DNA of 64,000 nucleotides, taken from Bugula neritina. Lineage: Eukaryota; Animalia; Bryozoa. Shown piece by piece: positions 13,113 to 25,061 of this stretch (within the stretch, counting starts at the first letter, position 1; every line of letters begins with the position of its first letter). The stretch spans positions 6,109,190 to 6,173,189 of the forward strand of contig OZ037771.1 of assembly GCA_964035545.1 (NCBI GenBank), written 5' to 3'. A program made the translations under genes and the position numbers. A model generated the notes under the pieces. It was not told where the DNA came from. It searched no databases and saw only the letters and a program-made list of their open reading frames with translations.

Positions 13113-15462
13113 TTAGTCTAGGGGTAATAGATATTACATTGTACTATGCTGTTAGGCATCATATTATAGTGTTGCTAGTGCTCATATGCCCTGTCTATTG
13201 GTAAAAGTTTTTATGCATATATTACATGTAGCATATTTCTAAGTTGTCTGCCCCAAACTTACTATGCAACGGTAGTGTAACTCTAATTGAAATTGAGTTT
13301 CTCCAAGATGAATTTTCTTCAACGCTTATTTACAATTACTACTTCTTTATTGATGATTTACTTGTATATATTTACATATTATCCATAATGTATTTTAGAG
13401 TACACGCATGTTTATATAAGATGCTACATAATTACATCTAATTGTAACTGGCTGCCTTGTTATATGCAACTAGAAGAGCTTCTTGCAGGCATCAGGTTTT
13501 ACGTCACCTTTTTGTAAAAAGTTTTGCCTCTTGTAATGTTAAGTTTAATTTGTTGCAATAAATAGTTGTATTTTTCATTAGTTAACAGCAAAATGTGTCA
13601 CCAGTGCTGCTTGAAGTTGATTAGAATTTAATAATACCAAATTTTAATAATACAAACAAACCAAAATTTAATAATAAAGTTAAAGAGTTTAGGCTATTTC
13701 AATTTCTCCACTACTCCTCCTAAGTAGATGCAAGTGCTGTCAGCTTTTAGGAATATTTTACTGTATAGTTGACTATATAAAATAATCCTGCAAAACAAAT
13801 ACAAATACAAACTTTATAATGAAGAAAATTCTATTAACTTTGCTTTTTATTTTTCTTCAAAGCTTTTATTGGAGTGTTTTTAAAATGCAAAACATCAACA
13901 ACAAGTAGGGCCACATATACATGTCAAAACTTTAATATCTTAACATCAGCTAGCTATAAGGCATAAAGTTAATCTTCTTAAGTGTGCTTCTAGCAGCTTC
14001 TAGTACTGCTCTAGTACTGCTACGGTGTTACCCTTCATGGATGGATGATGTTAAACAACTCAATAAATGCAAGTCATAAAAAACTGAGGTATGTACAGAA
14101 TTGCAGTTGCTTTTGAATAAGAATAACCCCAGCAGAGCTCTGAAAATAAGCTTAGAAAAAATGATAGCTTTGCACATGCTTGGGTATTTTATTTAAAGAC
14201 TGGTTTGTTAATTTTATATAAATGCATCATTTTAGTTACATTTAATTTTTATTATTCAAGGGATAAAATTTAAAATTACTTCCTAGGAATAGAATGCTTC
14301 TTAATTATTTACATGCTTGCAAATTACAATTCTGCTCAATAATTTAGTTGATTGGATTTGAAGCATATAAGAGCAAAGCAGAGACACTACTGTATTAAAG
14401 CATTACCTTGCACCACACTGTAATGCACCACGTCTTCATGCTTTGTATTATGCGAATGGCTTTTATTCACTGCATGAAGACAGCATCAATCAAATAAAAC
14501 TGCAGCCATGGAAGGCCGAGAAGTTTTCTTCAATGTAATCTGTACGAGCTATTAAGAATTACAACTTTTAATTCAGTGGTACGAGCATCCAATTTGATGA
14601 GAGACAATGCGGTATAACATTTCCCTCTAAATGAACCGATACATGAAATATTATCAGTCTCACTGATGTCATCTAATCTACACGTCACAGACCATTGAGC
14701 ATAATAAATTATACTTGATTAGAATAAGGTGGGTGACTCATTGAACAGCAGATCACACCATCCAAAGATCATACCATCAGCCACTTGGTACGTCGCTTAA
14801 GTGATAGCATTGTTATTGCAGTGAGTACATCGTGTTGCTATACTTAGCATTAAACATAAAGCTAAATTCAGTACCTTTCACATTGAAATAGCACTTACTA
14901 TATTTCATTGCTTGAAAAATTTACTAGAAAAAAGTTGTGGAATTTATTTAATGAAGTTATAGGTCTTCAGTTTGTATTGTGTTATTTCAATATTGATAAT
15001 AAAAAAATTATTAGGTTGTATACTGTTATGCATATCATTCTTTACAAAGCATTTGTTTGAGTTGAAGATAATAAATGCTAAAAAAATCAAATCTTTTTAT
15101 ACAATTAAACATTTAGAGTCAGTCATAAAAATCATGTAAAAATTAAAATACAAATATATACTATATGTATACATGTACACAATATAAATAATTTGTTCGA
15201 GTGAACAAAAATAGAATCAATAAATAGTTCCGTGACATGAACCAATATCCCTTAAAATTTCAGCAACAATATCTGCAGCCTGCTAAAATTTACAAAGACG
15301 TGAAACGAGTTATTCAAAAAACTGTGTGGCAGATGCAATATACAGCAGGTGTATTATACAGAAGAGGTGATGTGCAGCAGATGGATAAACCTCCACTATT
15401 GTTACAGAAAACTTCATGAGATATTGAACTCAAAAGCCACATTATTTCTACACAATCCAACA

Positions 15463-18400
15463 TCATGAAGAGAGGGCGGCAGCGGTAGAGTTATTATTGT
15501 TGCTGCCGCCTCTGAGAGACGACCTGTTGACCATCTGTCTACAGTTCAACGCTGCCTTAGTATTGCCACATAACTCGTAGGTCTTGGCTGCCTCACTCAG
15601 CAGATACTGCTGACTGTCCGGCCTACTGTGTAGCGCTGACGGGAGGTGCTGAGCGGCCATCTTGTATGCCAACGCTTGAGTTACACTCTACAATATAACA
15701 GACGGGAGTAGTTAGAGTTGCAGCCGTTGTACAGTAGTTGATGTCAGAACTGTTTAGAGTTGCTAAGTACAGTAGCCAATGCTTGTAAGCAGCTTATATT
15801 TCTTGCTTTAGAGGATTCTTAAAATATTTCAGAAAAAGGAGAGTGGAAATTATCCCCTCTTTACAAAAAGACAGCTGCTGTTAGAGCTAGGTGTACCTTG
15901 TGCTGTTGGGTGGACGTCCGAGCACTGGTTTGTTTTAATAGGAGGTTTGTTCTAGAAGGGTTGGCGCCCAGCATTACCCTCAGTGTAGCTGTATGTAAGC
16001 ACAGCTGCTTCTTCACTTCTACAGGATATACAGAGTGTGTAAGACATGTGTAGAGTAGACAGGTGGAAACATAACTCCCTATAATGACATCATCATCTAC
16101 TTACCAGGTACATAACTAGTGAGCTTTTGCAGAGCGTTGAGATCATGCTTGAATCCCGACACAGAAGTATTTGACGAGGCCATTCCATTACTCATCTCAT
16201 ATTCCCAGAGTTCTGTGCGAGTAGTCAGTAACCAATCACACGCTAACAACTGGAAGTCCTACAACAGACACAGGACATCATCAACTGACCTCGTAATATA
16301 AACTCTTTGACTTCAATACCACCTGCTGGGCTTCACAATACAAGAAACGCATAAGCTTTTTGAAGTAAAAACCCAACGTATATAAGAATGTCAGCATTAT
16401 GTACACAACTCCTCATGCTTGCTGGTGTTGAAAGTGCCGACAACTCCGTGGTTGCAATGCAGGAACACTGCACAGATAGCAAGACATGCAATGCAACTAC
16501 AATGCACCACAGAGGTGCCATAGTTTCAGTCACTGTAAGAGGGCTCTGGAGCAAATCATGATCACATGTGCTGACACTAGAGAGCAGGAGGTATTCTGGC
16601 ACTAGTGGACAGGTGGTGTGCTGGCACTAGAGAGCAAGTGGTGTGCTGGCACTAGTGGGCAGGTGGTGTGCTGGCACTAGATGGCAGGTGGTGTGCTGGC
16701 ACTAGTGGACAGGTGGTGTGCTGGCACTAGATGGCAGGTGGTATGCTGGCACTAGAGAGCAGGTGGTGTGCTGGCACTAGTGGGCAGGTGGTGTGCTGGC
16801 ACTAGATGGCAGGTGGTATGCTGGCACTAGAGAGCAGGTGGTGTGCTGGCACTAGTGAACAGGTGGTGTGCTGGCACAAGAGAGCAGGTGGTATGCTGGC
16901 ACTAGAGAGCAAGTGGTGTGCTGGCACTAGATGGCAGGTGGTATGCTGGCACTAGAGAGCAAGTGGTATGCTGGCACTAGAGAGCAAGTGGTGGGCTGGC
17001 ACTAGAGGGCAGGCACTAATATGAATACTATTATCCTGACCGCGATATAAAACCCATCAACAGTACATACGAAGAACTTCAATCCTTTAATAATAATTGC
17101 TGCCATAATAACTAATGGGATAATACAAATCAGGCAAGCAGACAGATTATACAAGTACAGTACGTTTATTGACATTATATACAGTGTACATACATGGTAA
17201 GTACTGTAAGTACACTGACCTTATATAAAGCACTTTCAGTCTCAATATCAGCCAGTGACTGCTCCAAATAGTTACTGGATGTTTCCATCAACTTTCTCGT
17301 AGCATGGGAACAGTTAGCAGACGTGAGAAACCCGACCCGTGCCTAAAATCAGTTAAACTAACTTACCACAGACTACATTCACAGAGAACAGTAATAGTTG
17401 CCTTTCAATAAGATTATGTGCCTGATATGCAGAAATATTGATGAATTATATGAGGATTGTCTTCATTTTCTATAAACCTCAAGATAGCTAAGATGAATTT
17501 AATAAGTGACTTCAATGTAATCACTTGGTCCTTTTAATGCTTCACAAAAGCATTTCAGGGTTTTGAGAATTTTATTATTTTAAACCAACTTTTATGGCAG
17601 TTTTTATTTGTTCAATTTCGAAAAATGTATTCTCTCGATAACAGCAATTCCATAAGAGAATCACAGCTTACCTTATACGCATGGAGTAGTGCTTTTACAA
17701 GAACCTGCTCCTTAATGTCTTCTGGAGGTGACAATATGACACTAGAGTACCTGCTGGCATCTGTCACCCTTTCACAGCTCCACTCTCTGGCACACATTAC
17801 CAGCGCAGCCCACCATTTAGTATTGCTGCCCACGGGGGCTTCGGATGAAGGGGCCGACGACTTCTTTAGATACTGATTCACGTGCGCACACACTTCCAAG
17901 TCACTGATCTTCTCTACTGACTGTCTCCTGTATTTTATAAGCGTACATTTCACTACTTCCTGTTATTACAGCTAATCCATTAATACTACTACTGCTACTG
18001 CTGCTACTACAAGTATTCCTACTACTATTACTACCACTATTATTACTGCTACTACTACTATTACTACTACTAATATTACTACTACTATTATTACTGCTAC
18101 TACTACTATTACTACTACTACTATTACTACTACTATTATTACTACTGCTACTGCTGTTACTACTATTACTACTACTGCTACTAGTACTACTACTACTACT
18201 ATTATTACTACTGCTACTACTACTACCACTGCTACTACTAATACTACTATTGCTACTGCTACTCTAATTATACCTGCTATCATATATAGCATAAATTTAT
18301 ACAATAAAGCAGCTAGATGTGACTTACACATTGGGAAACTCTGCTTGCGAGAAGAGTTGGTTGTATAACGCGGCAGATATTATTTTTTGCTGGTAAGCGC

Positions 18401-21400
18401 TAGAAATATGGGATATTGGATCGTGTGAGAAGACTGTTGTCGAGAAAGTGTTGTCTGTAGATGAAGAGGTGTATTCTAGGTTAGAGTCGAGCAGATACTT
18501 CTGTCCATCTTTTGTGCGTAGCCATCCGAGTCTAGCAGGTGTATCGTGCCGGTCACCTATTCGCAAGCCTTTCTTTAGCATATACACCTGCGATATCAGA
18601 CACATAATATAGCATGTGTACTATATTATGCCCAACATATATATTATATTACGTTATACATATTCAGATTAGAGCATCTAATGTGCATTTGGCAATTCAA
18701 AGTTTCTGCTTTTGTGAAAACTATAGCAAGTATATATAAAGCTAGTTATCTATGTTAGATTGGACAACAAGAGTACACACAATACTAGCCGGGGCATACT
18801 CACTGCAATTGGTCTAAAGGAGAGTGGAAGTCTCTTTCTAATAGCTATAGCAATGAGTACGTAAACCTCCACAAGGAACTGTCGGTCTATGACAGGGTAA
18901 CTCGCCTCCGCCATGTTGATGGTACACAAGGCTATGTTGATCACCTCGATGTCACTCCGCCAAATCTACAGCATATTACATGCCACTCGCTTACCAGTCT
19001 TGAACAGGTTCATGCTTATACCGAGATGGGAGTAGATTGAACAGCACAAATGGGGAAATATCTTGGCTTTAACTTAAATGAGCTTTAGAATTGGTATAAT
19101 AAATACACTTTAACTTTATAGCATATTTTGTTCAGTATTTATCATCAAACTAAATTGCACGGGCACACAATCCTGAAACTGCATTTAGCTGATACAAAAA
19201 TATTTCTGTATGTCTTAGGACTACGTAACTGAACTAGTCAGCCCTGCTTCAAGAATACTACCTAAAAGTAGTCATAGGAAGGTTGGTATGTTTGCTAAGT
19301 TAAACTATGCAGTCTAAACTTACTCTTACATAATAAAACAAGACAAATATTATAAAATAATACAAATAAGAAGACTAGCTGAAAGTAAGTAATCTAATAC
19401 ATCAAGCCCGCACTAGCAGTAGACCTCACCTTCTTAGTGAGGCAGAGCTGCAGCAGGTTGTAGTAGACAGTAGCTGCATCACGAGAACACTTGGCCACGT
19501 CCGGACATATCTTGGAGGCCTGACGAGCAAACAGCCTGGCAATGTATATCCTGTGTAACACCTGGCGCACGGCCTGCCACAGTAAGCTGGTCCACAACTG
19601 GAGTAGTGAGCTGGGAGATGGACGACCCAAGACTACTAGACATTCATCCAGGTGTGTTTCGGCTGCATCATAATTACCTGCAAGTAGAGTAGAGTAGGTG
19701 CTGTAGGGTGTAAGAGTGAAGGTGTATAATAAGGTAGAGTAGAGTAGGTACTGTAGAATAAAAGTGTATAGCAAGGTAGAGTAGAGTAGGTGCTGTAGAG
19801 TAAAGGTGTATAACAAGGTAGAGTAGAGTAGGTACTGTAGAGTAAAGGTGTATAACAAGGTAGAGTAGAGTAGGTACTGTAGAGTAAAAGTGTATAGCAA
19901 GGTAGAGTAGAGTAGGTGCTGTAGAGTAAAGGTGTATAACAAGGTAGAGTAGAGTAGGTACTGTAGAGTAAAGGTGTATAACAAGGTAGAGTAGAGTAGG
20001 TACTGTAGAGTAAAAGTGTATAGCAAGGTAGAGTAGAGTAGGTGCTGTAGAGTAAAGGTGTATAACAAGTTAGAGTAGAGTAGGTACTGTAAAGTAAAGG
20101 CATATAACAAGGTAGAGTAGAACAACAAAAACACGTCTGCTAAATATCTAACACATTCTAGAACTCAGGTATTTTACCAGCAATAATGTCAGAGTTGGCT
20201 TGTTGCATGTGTTTCCAGTACTTATTCGATTCTTCGCTCGTGGACTGTGTCACAGGCTCCCCAAATATCAGGATACGAGCGAGAACCAGGGCTATTATTG
20301 CCACATTCAGCAGCCATAGTAACGCCTGCAACAACCCAGACATCCACTTTCAAAGTTATGGCGTATTTTAGTACGAAATACTCATGTCATCTCACTGCAC
20401 ATCTGATTTGCATTAGAAACCCTGCCTCTTGGTAAACTGACTTTACACGTAATGAGTTAACTGCTGTGCTGTGGTCTGTTGCGGATAAATACTTACAGAA
20501 GAAAACAGCCAGTTGAAGGTGTCCATGCTGCTGGAGTCGTCCGCTTCTTGCAGAGTCCTGCCGGGAAGTTTGTCTACTCTGGAGGAGAGGTCAGGGGCAG
20601 ACGAGTCCATGAGGGAGCTACAGCAGGACAAGCAAGTTGTGCAACAACATACTGTCTCTTACAATGCTGAGTAGGAAGGAGAGAAGTGCACCAGAGGAGT
20701 GGTAGGTGGAGTGACGGGCAATGTGTATAGAAAAGACTAACAAATATGTGCTAACTTCAGGATACTGATTAGAGTTGCCTTGCGTAGAGAGAGAAAGAGA
20801 GAGGGACGGAGAAGGACTGAAAGTGAAGTAAAGATATGGAGGAAGAGATAAAAGGAACAAAAGAAAGAGGCAATAAGACAGATAGAATACCAATATAACA
20901 CACTATGGTTGTTTTCATGACCTTTACTATATATGCACTGCTGCTGTACAGTTGGCAGAGGAGATGAGCTCACCTGAACGGGTTGAAGAGGAGAACAGCA
21001 AACATGAACATACACATGAACACACGAGAGCTGTCTACCATGCCACTGGGGTTGGCGGTTTGGGGAACAGGGGGCAGTTCGTCCTCACTAGGGGTATCGT
21101 TAGAGAAGGGACTGTCACTGTCAGCTAGAGTTTCTGGAGGTGTAAGTGGATCATTCAAGGGAGATGTACCTACAAATGGTTAGCAAACATAAGAATAATA
21201 TATGAATATATCACAATTAATATTGTATCGACAGTGTATACATGTCTATAGACATCTACACATGTCTACACATACGTACAGTTTTCTACACATACGTACA
21301 GTTTTCTACACATACGTACAGTTTTCTACACATACATAGAGTTTTCTACACATACGTACAGTTTTCTACACATACGTACAGTTTTCTACACATACGTACA

Positions 21401-24400
21401 GTTTTCTACACATACGTACAGTTGTCTGATGGCTGGTGTTTGTGAGAGGATATGACATCATCAGGCTCAACTCCGAGACGTTTGAATGCTGATCTGAGAA
21501 TTTTGTTTTCCTCCTTCAGTTTCTCGGTTACATTACGCAGGTGGTATATGTGGTCGGTGGCTTTCCTCAATATAGCTGACTTGTTTAACTGCAAGCGTTA
21601 TTTAATATATTATTAGCTTGTATTATTAGCTTGTATTGATATACTAGATTATATATACACACTACACGTACACACACTACACGTACACGCACTATACGTA
21701 CACACACACTATACGTACACACACTACACGTACACGCACTATACGTACACACACTATACGTACACACACTATACATACACACACTACAGGTACACACACT
21801 ACAGGTACACACACTATACGTACACACACTACACGTACACACACAACACGTACACACACTACACGTACACACACTACACGTACACACACTACACGTACAC
21901 ACACTACACGCACACACACACTATACGTACACACATTGTACGAGTGACACAAGTGTAGGTATGCACCATGTTTTACTGTCACCTTCAACTTCGACACATA
22001 AAACCTTCAACACCACCGAGCATGGTTTACATACCTTCTACAGGCAAGCTGCCATATACTCATAAACCACAACTTCAACTCAACACAGAGCCAGAGCACC
22101 ACAAGGTGCTGTGTGACTGACCAACATATAGTCCACCAGACAACAAAACACCAACCTTGGCCGAAGGTCCAACCAGCATGTCTTTGAGTTCCATAATCTT
22201 ATCATTAATACTCATTCGATATCTCTTCTCAATGGCATTGTGGGCTTTCTGCTTCTCTGGTTTAAACAGAGGAGTTTCTATGGTGGGCGGAGAGTAGGGA
22301 GTGACTCTGGTGATAGCAAGCTTGTCGGAGCTGGTGGCTATCACTCTGACAGGAAGTCTGGTACCTTATGAGACATGCAGATCACATATTACTTACATGA
22401 TACTTACACCACACTTACATGATACTTACACCACACTTACATGATACTTACACCACACTTAAATGTGCACATTCTTAAAGAATGAATATAAAAATCAAAC
22501 ATTGCAAATACTGCATCTCACATTGCATGTCATACCTACTTGGAGAAAATAGTATTAATACAGTAGATATACAGTAGATATACAGTATATATACAGTAGA
22601 TATACAGTATATATACAATAGATATACAGTATATATACAATAGATATACAGTATATATACAATAGATATACAGTATATATACAATAGATATACAGCAGAC
22701 ATACAGCAGATATACAGTAGTTATATATACAGATAATGTTTACCATTAGTCTCAATCATGTGCTGACCATTTGAATGCACAGTTTGCTGACTATTCAGTG
22801 TGTTTGATGTGACTCCAGTCTTGACTATCACTGCCCCAGCAGGATGACCTTGAAGGACGGGGGAGGGTGTCGGGGCAGGAGGACCACCCAACTTATTACC
22901 ACCAGAGTTGTTGGCAAGAGAAGGGAACAGTTGTAATATCATTTCCTTCAACTGCTCACTATCTTGTAGGAAATTGCCCTTGGAGCCGTCAGAACTATCG
23001 GGCAGGTGAGATGGCTGAGAAATTACTGGTTTTCTATCCTGAAAAATACAACATAATACTGAGCAGTGCTTGGTGTACCACACACACTCCAAACCCACCA
23101 AGAATATCAATGCTTTATTATGTTGAGAGAGAAGCTTCATTGCAGACACCCTGATTAAGACTGAAAGAGGAGAAAAACTAGCGCAAGTTTATAGTCGCCA
23201 TCTTTGTGGGAACCCCCTGATTGAGAGGGTTTTTTGTTAAATCGGGCTAAGGACTTATTCATATGTGACACAGGAACCATTATGAGTGGATGCTCTTCCT
23301 AACATCACCAATGGCCTTTGCCGGGGCTCAAACTAACGACTTAGTGCTTACTAGGCAAAAGCTCTAACCCCTAGACCACGGCTGCTAAAAAGTTCTAGAT
23401 TAAACTAAGTTGGTGCAGAAGAAACAAAAACAAAGAGATGTATTAGATAACATCAAACTCACACTGTTCAGCTGGGCTCTAATAGCGTTGTTGGAGGCTG
23501 TGGGGTTGCAGTTGACAGCATTGAGGGAGGGCTTAGAAGACGAATTCAACGCTTGGTCATGCAGCAGCAGTTGAAGAGTATCTGTAGGTTGAATAGAGGA
23601 GTGACTCGAGTTCTGGTCCAGCTACAAACACACCATTCAACAGCATGTCAACCAGTCAACACACCATATCACAGGAAGACATCAACTTCTTTTAAATAGA
23701 CGTAACGTCATTATTGCAGATTTCCCTAGCAAAAGCACTCAAGGATAAGATGAATAAAAATAAGACATGGAAGAGGAATTATTTACTGTACAATATCTGG
23801 CAGGGAAAGAGCTAAACGTAGTGCAGGACTGAGCAACTGTTGAGATTAGTCTAGAAATAGATGCCTTGCAACTTATAAGACTTCTTAATTCAAGAAATGG
23901 CAAATGAATTGAAGTCAACATAACATACACTAAATAGAAGAGCAGATAAAAATATAGTCACCTGCATGGTGTTAGCACTTTGGCTTTGTAATGTGCCAAT
24001 TGGTTGGGGACATTCAGGAAACAGGTCACTAAACACACGACTCTCGGGTGAATAGTCATTGTCCAACGCGTACTGCACCAAATCAAACTCGTCATTCGTG
24101 TGACTAGTGTTGAATGAAGAGTTGAACTGACTAAGAGGCTGTTCACTTTCGTATGCAAGTCTCTGTAACACAAGACATTGAGTGTGACATGCAGTGTAAG
24201 TAAGAGAGAGAGTTTTCCTTATTTTGTAAGAGCTGAAAATACCACAATCACGTAATAACATTATGAAATGCATGTAAACGTTGAGCATTACATCAAGTTT
24301 CAACACTTGCTACACGACCAGAAGTAACATTTAAAAAACATGTTCATTAACTGCATTCAGCACATACTTTACATCTGAGAAAAATGTTCTGTTAAAAGCA

Positions 24401-25061
24401 TTAATAAGACACTATGCACACAGAATTTGAAAGCGCCTTCAATCTACTATCTGCAACAGCCTGTACATAAACTTGCTTTCCCAAACTTACAAATTGAATC
24501 ATTACAATTGAAAAAAATCCCTAACAGAAATAGCTACTTGAAGTATATACTGCCCATAACAGCAACATGAAAAATTACATTTTACAATTGTAACTGAAGC
24601 ATTTCTTAGAAACAACACTTACATTATCTTGAGGAATCATTGCATCTATCCCATAAATATGAGATGCAGGAATATTGTCAAAAGGCTTCAACATCTCCTC
24701 TGTATATCATACAAAATATATTTTACTATACTTATAGGCATTGCAAATACTGCAAGAACAATAAAATTTTATAACCTTTATTTACAGAAGTAAATCTTGA
24801 AAAATATTGTCCTTGTGAATGTTATAACCTGTACCGCAAATCAAAACTCACATTACAGATCTACAGTTACTAAATTTCCATCAGCTAAACTTTGAGTCAG
24901 TATTCATCCTATGATGAAAAATTCAAATTTAGCGTCTTCAACATTTATTTCTAGTTTCAAGCGCTATGCTTCACTCAAAATTCCGAACAATAGAAGGATC
25001 AAGTTGATGAATACTAATAGCATTGAGCATGCTCAGCGTACTAACCATCAAAATCCTCCAT
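15463..25061 (-). CDS. SREBP: Sterol regulatory element-binding protein, ~1053 aa. Coding exons: 25061-25046, 24699-24623, 24162-23962, 23621-23463, 23038-22744, 22364-22156, 21588-21420, 21169-20974, 20617-20497, 20346-20178, 19677-19430, 18965-18804, 18587-18328, 17927-17672, 17342-17220, 16258-16105, 16018-15897, 15687-15463
   Basis: bHLH-Zip [16 protein letters not shown]...[10 protein letters not shown] with the SREBP-diagnostic Tyr. Acidic N-terminus MEDFDEEML. DSSR-TM1-NP S2P signature, luminal RTLQ, TM2. C-terminal [17 protein letters not shown] and [12 protein letters not shown] motifs. All 17 junctions are GT-AG and phase-consistent. Confidence 0.95.
16444..16514 (-). ncRNA. mir-33: miR-33 precursor (mature 5p at 16507-16487)
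   Basis: Reverse complement of 16487-16507 is GUGCAUUGUAGUUGCAUUGCA, identical to miR-33a-5p. The 3p arm CAGUGUUCCUGCAUUGCAAC (16470-16451) pairs with it, and the stem is extended by CUCUGUGG/CCACGGAG. It lies in the sense orientation within an SREBP intron. Confidence 0.97.
16596..17017. repeat. 25-bp GC-rich minisatellite (CTGGCACTAGAGAGCAGGTGGTGTG), ~17 copies, in the miR-33 intron
   Basis: Visible tandem units. Confidence 0.93.
17982..18262. repeat. (ACT/ATT/GCT)n trinucleotide tract
   Basis: Visible; source of the poly-Val ORF. Confidence 0.92.
19684..20120. repeat. 42-bp minisatellite, ~10 copies, adjacent to an SREBP 3' splice site
   Basis: Unit GTAGAGTAGAGTAGGTACTGTAGAGTAAAGGTGTATAACAAG. 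Confidence 0.93.
21265..21423. repeat. 20-bp tandem repeat containing the exon end and 5' splice site
   Basis: Unit GTTTTCTACACATACGTACA, ~8 copies. Confidence 0.92.
21656..21935. repeat. 15-bp tandem repeat (ACACACTACACGTAC)
   Basis: Visible tandem units. Confidence 0.92.
22558..22717. repeat. 11/22-bp tandem repeat (AGATATACAGT)
   Basis: Visible tandem units. Confidence 0.88.
23215..23386 (-). mobile_element. tRNA-derived SINE copy
   Basis: Closely similar to 61347-61503. Minus strand starts GCAGCCGTGGTCTAGGGGTTAGAGC (A-box) with a degenerate B-box. Confidence 0.75.

Noticed and set aside
14752-14761. SRE-like ATCACACCAT downstream of SREBP
   Set aside because: Isolated, imperfect and without promoter context; likely chance.
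16333-16602. 89-aa ORF resembling a signal-peptide protein
   Set aside because: It overlaps the miR-33 hairpin in an SREBP intron and has no splice or homology support.
16596-17017. CRISPR-like appearance of the 25-bp array (also 325-716 and 51879-52180)
   Set aside because: Head-to-tail units with no unique spacers, eukaryotic introns, no cas genes.
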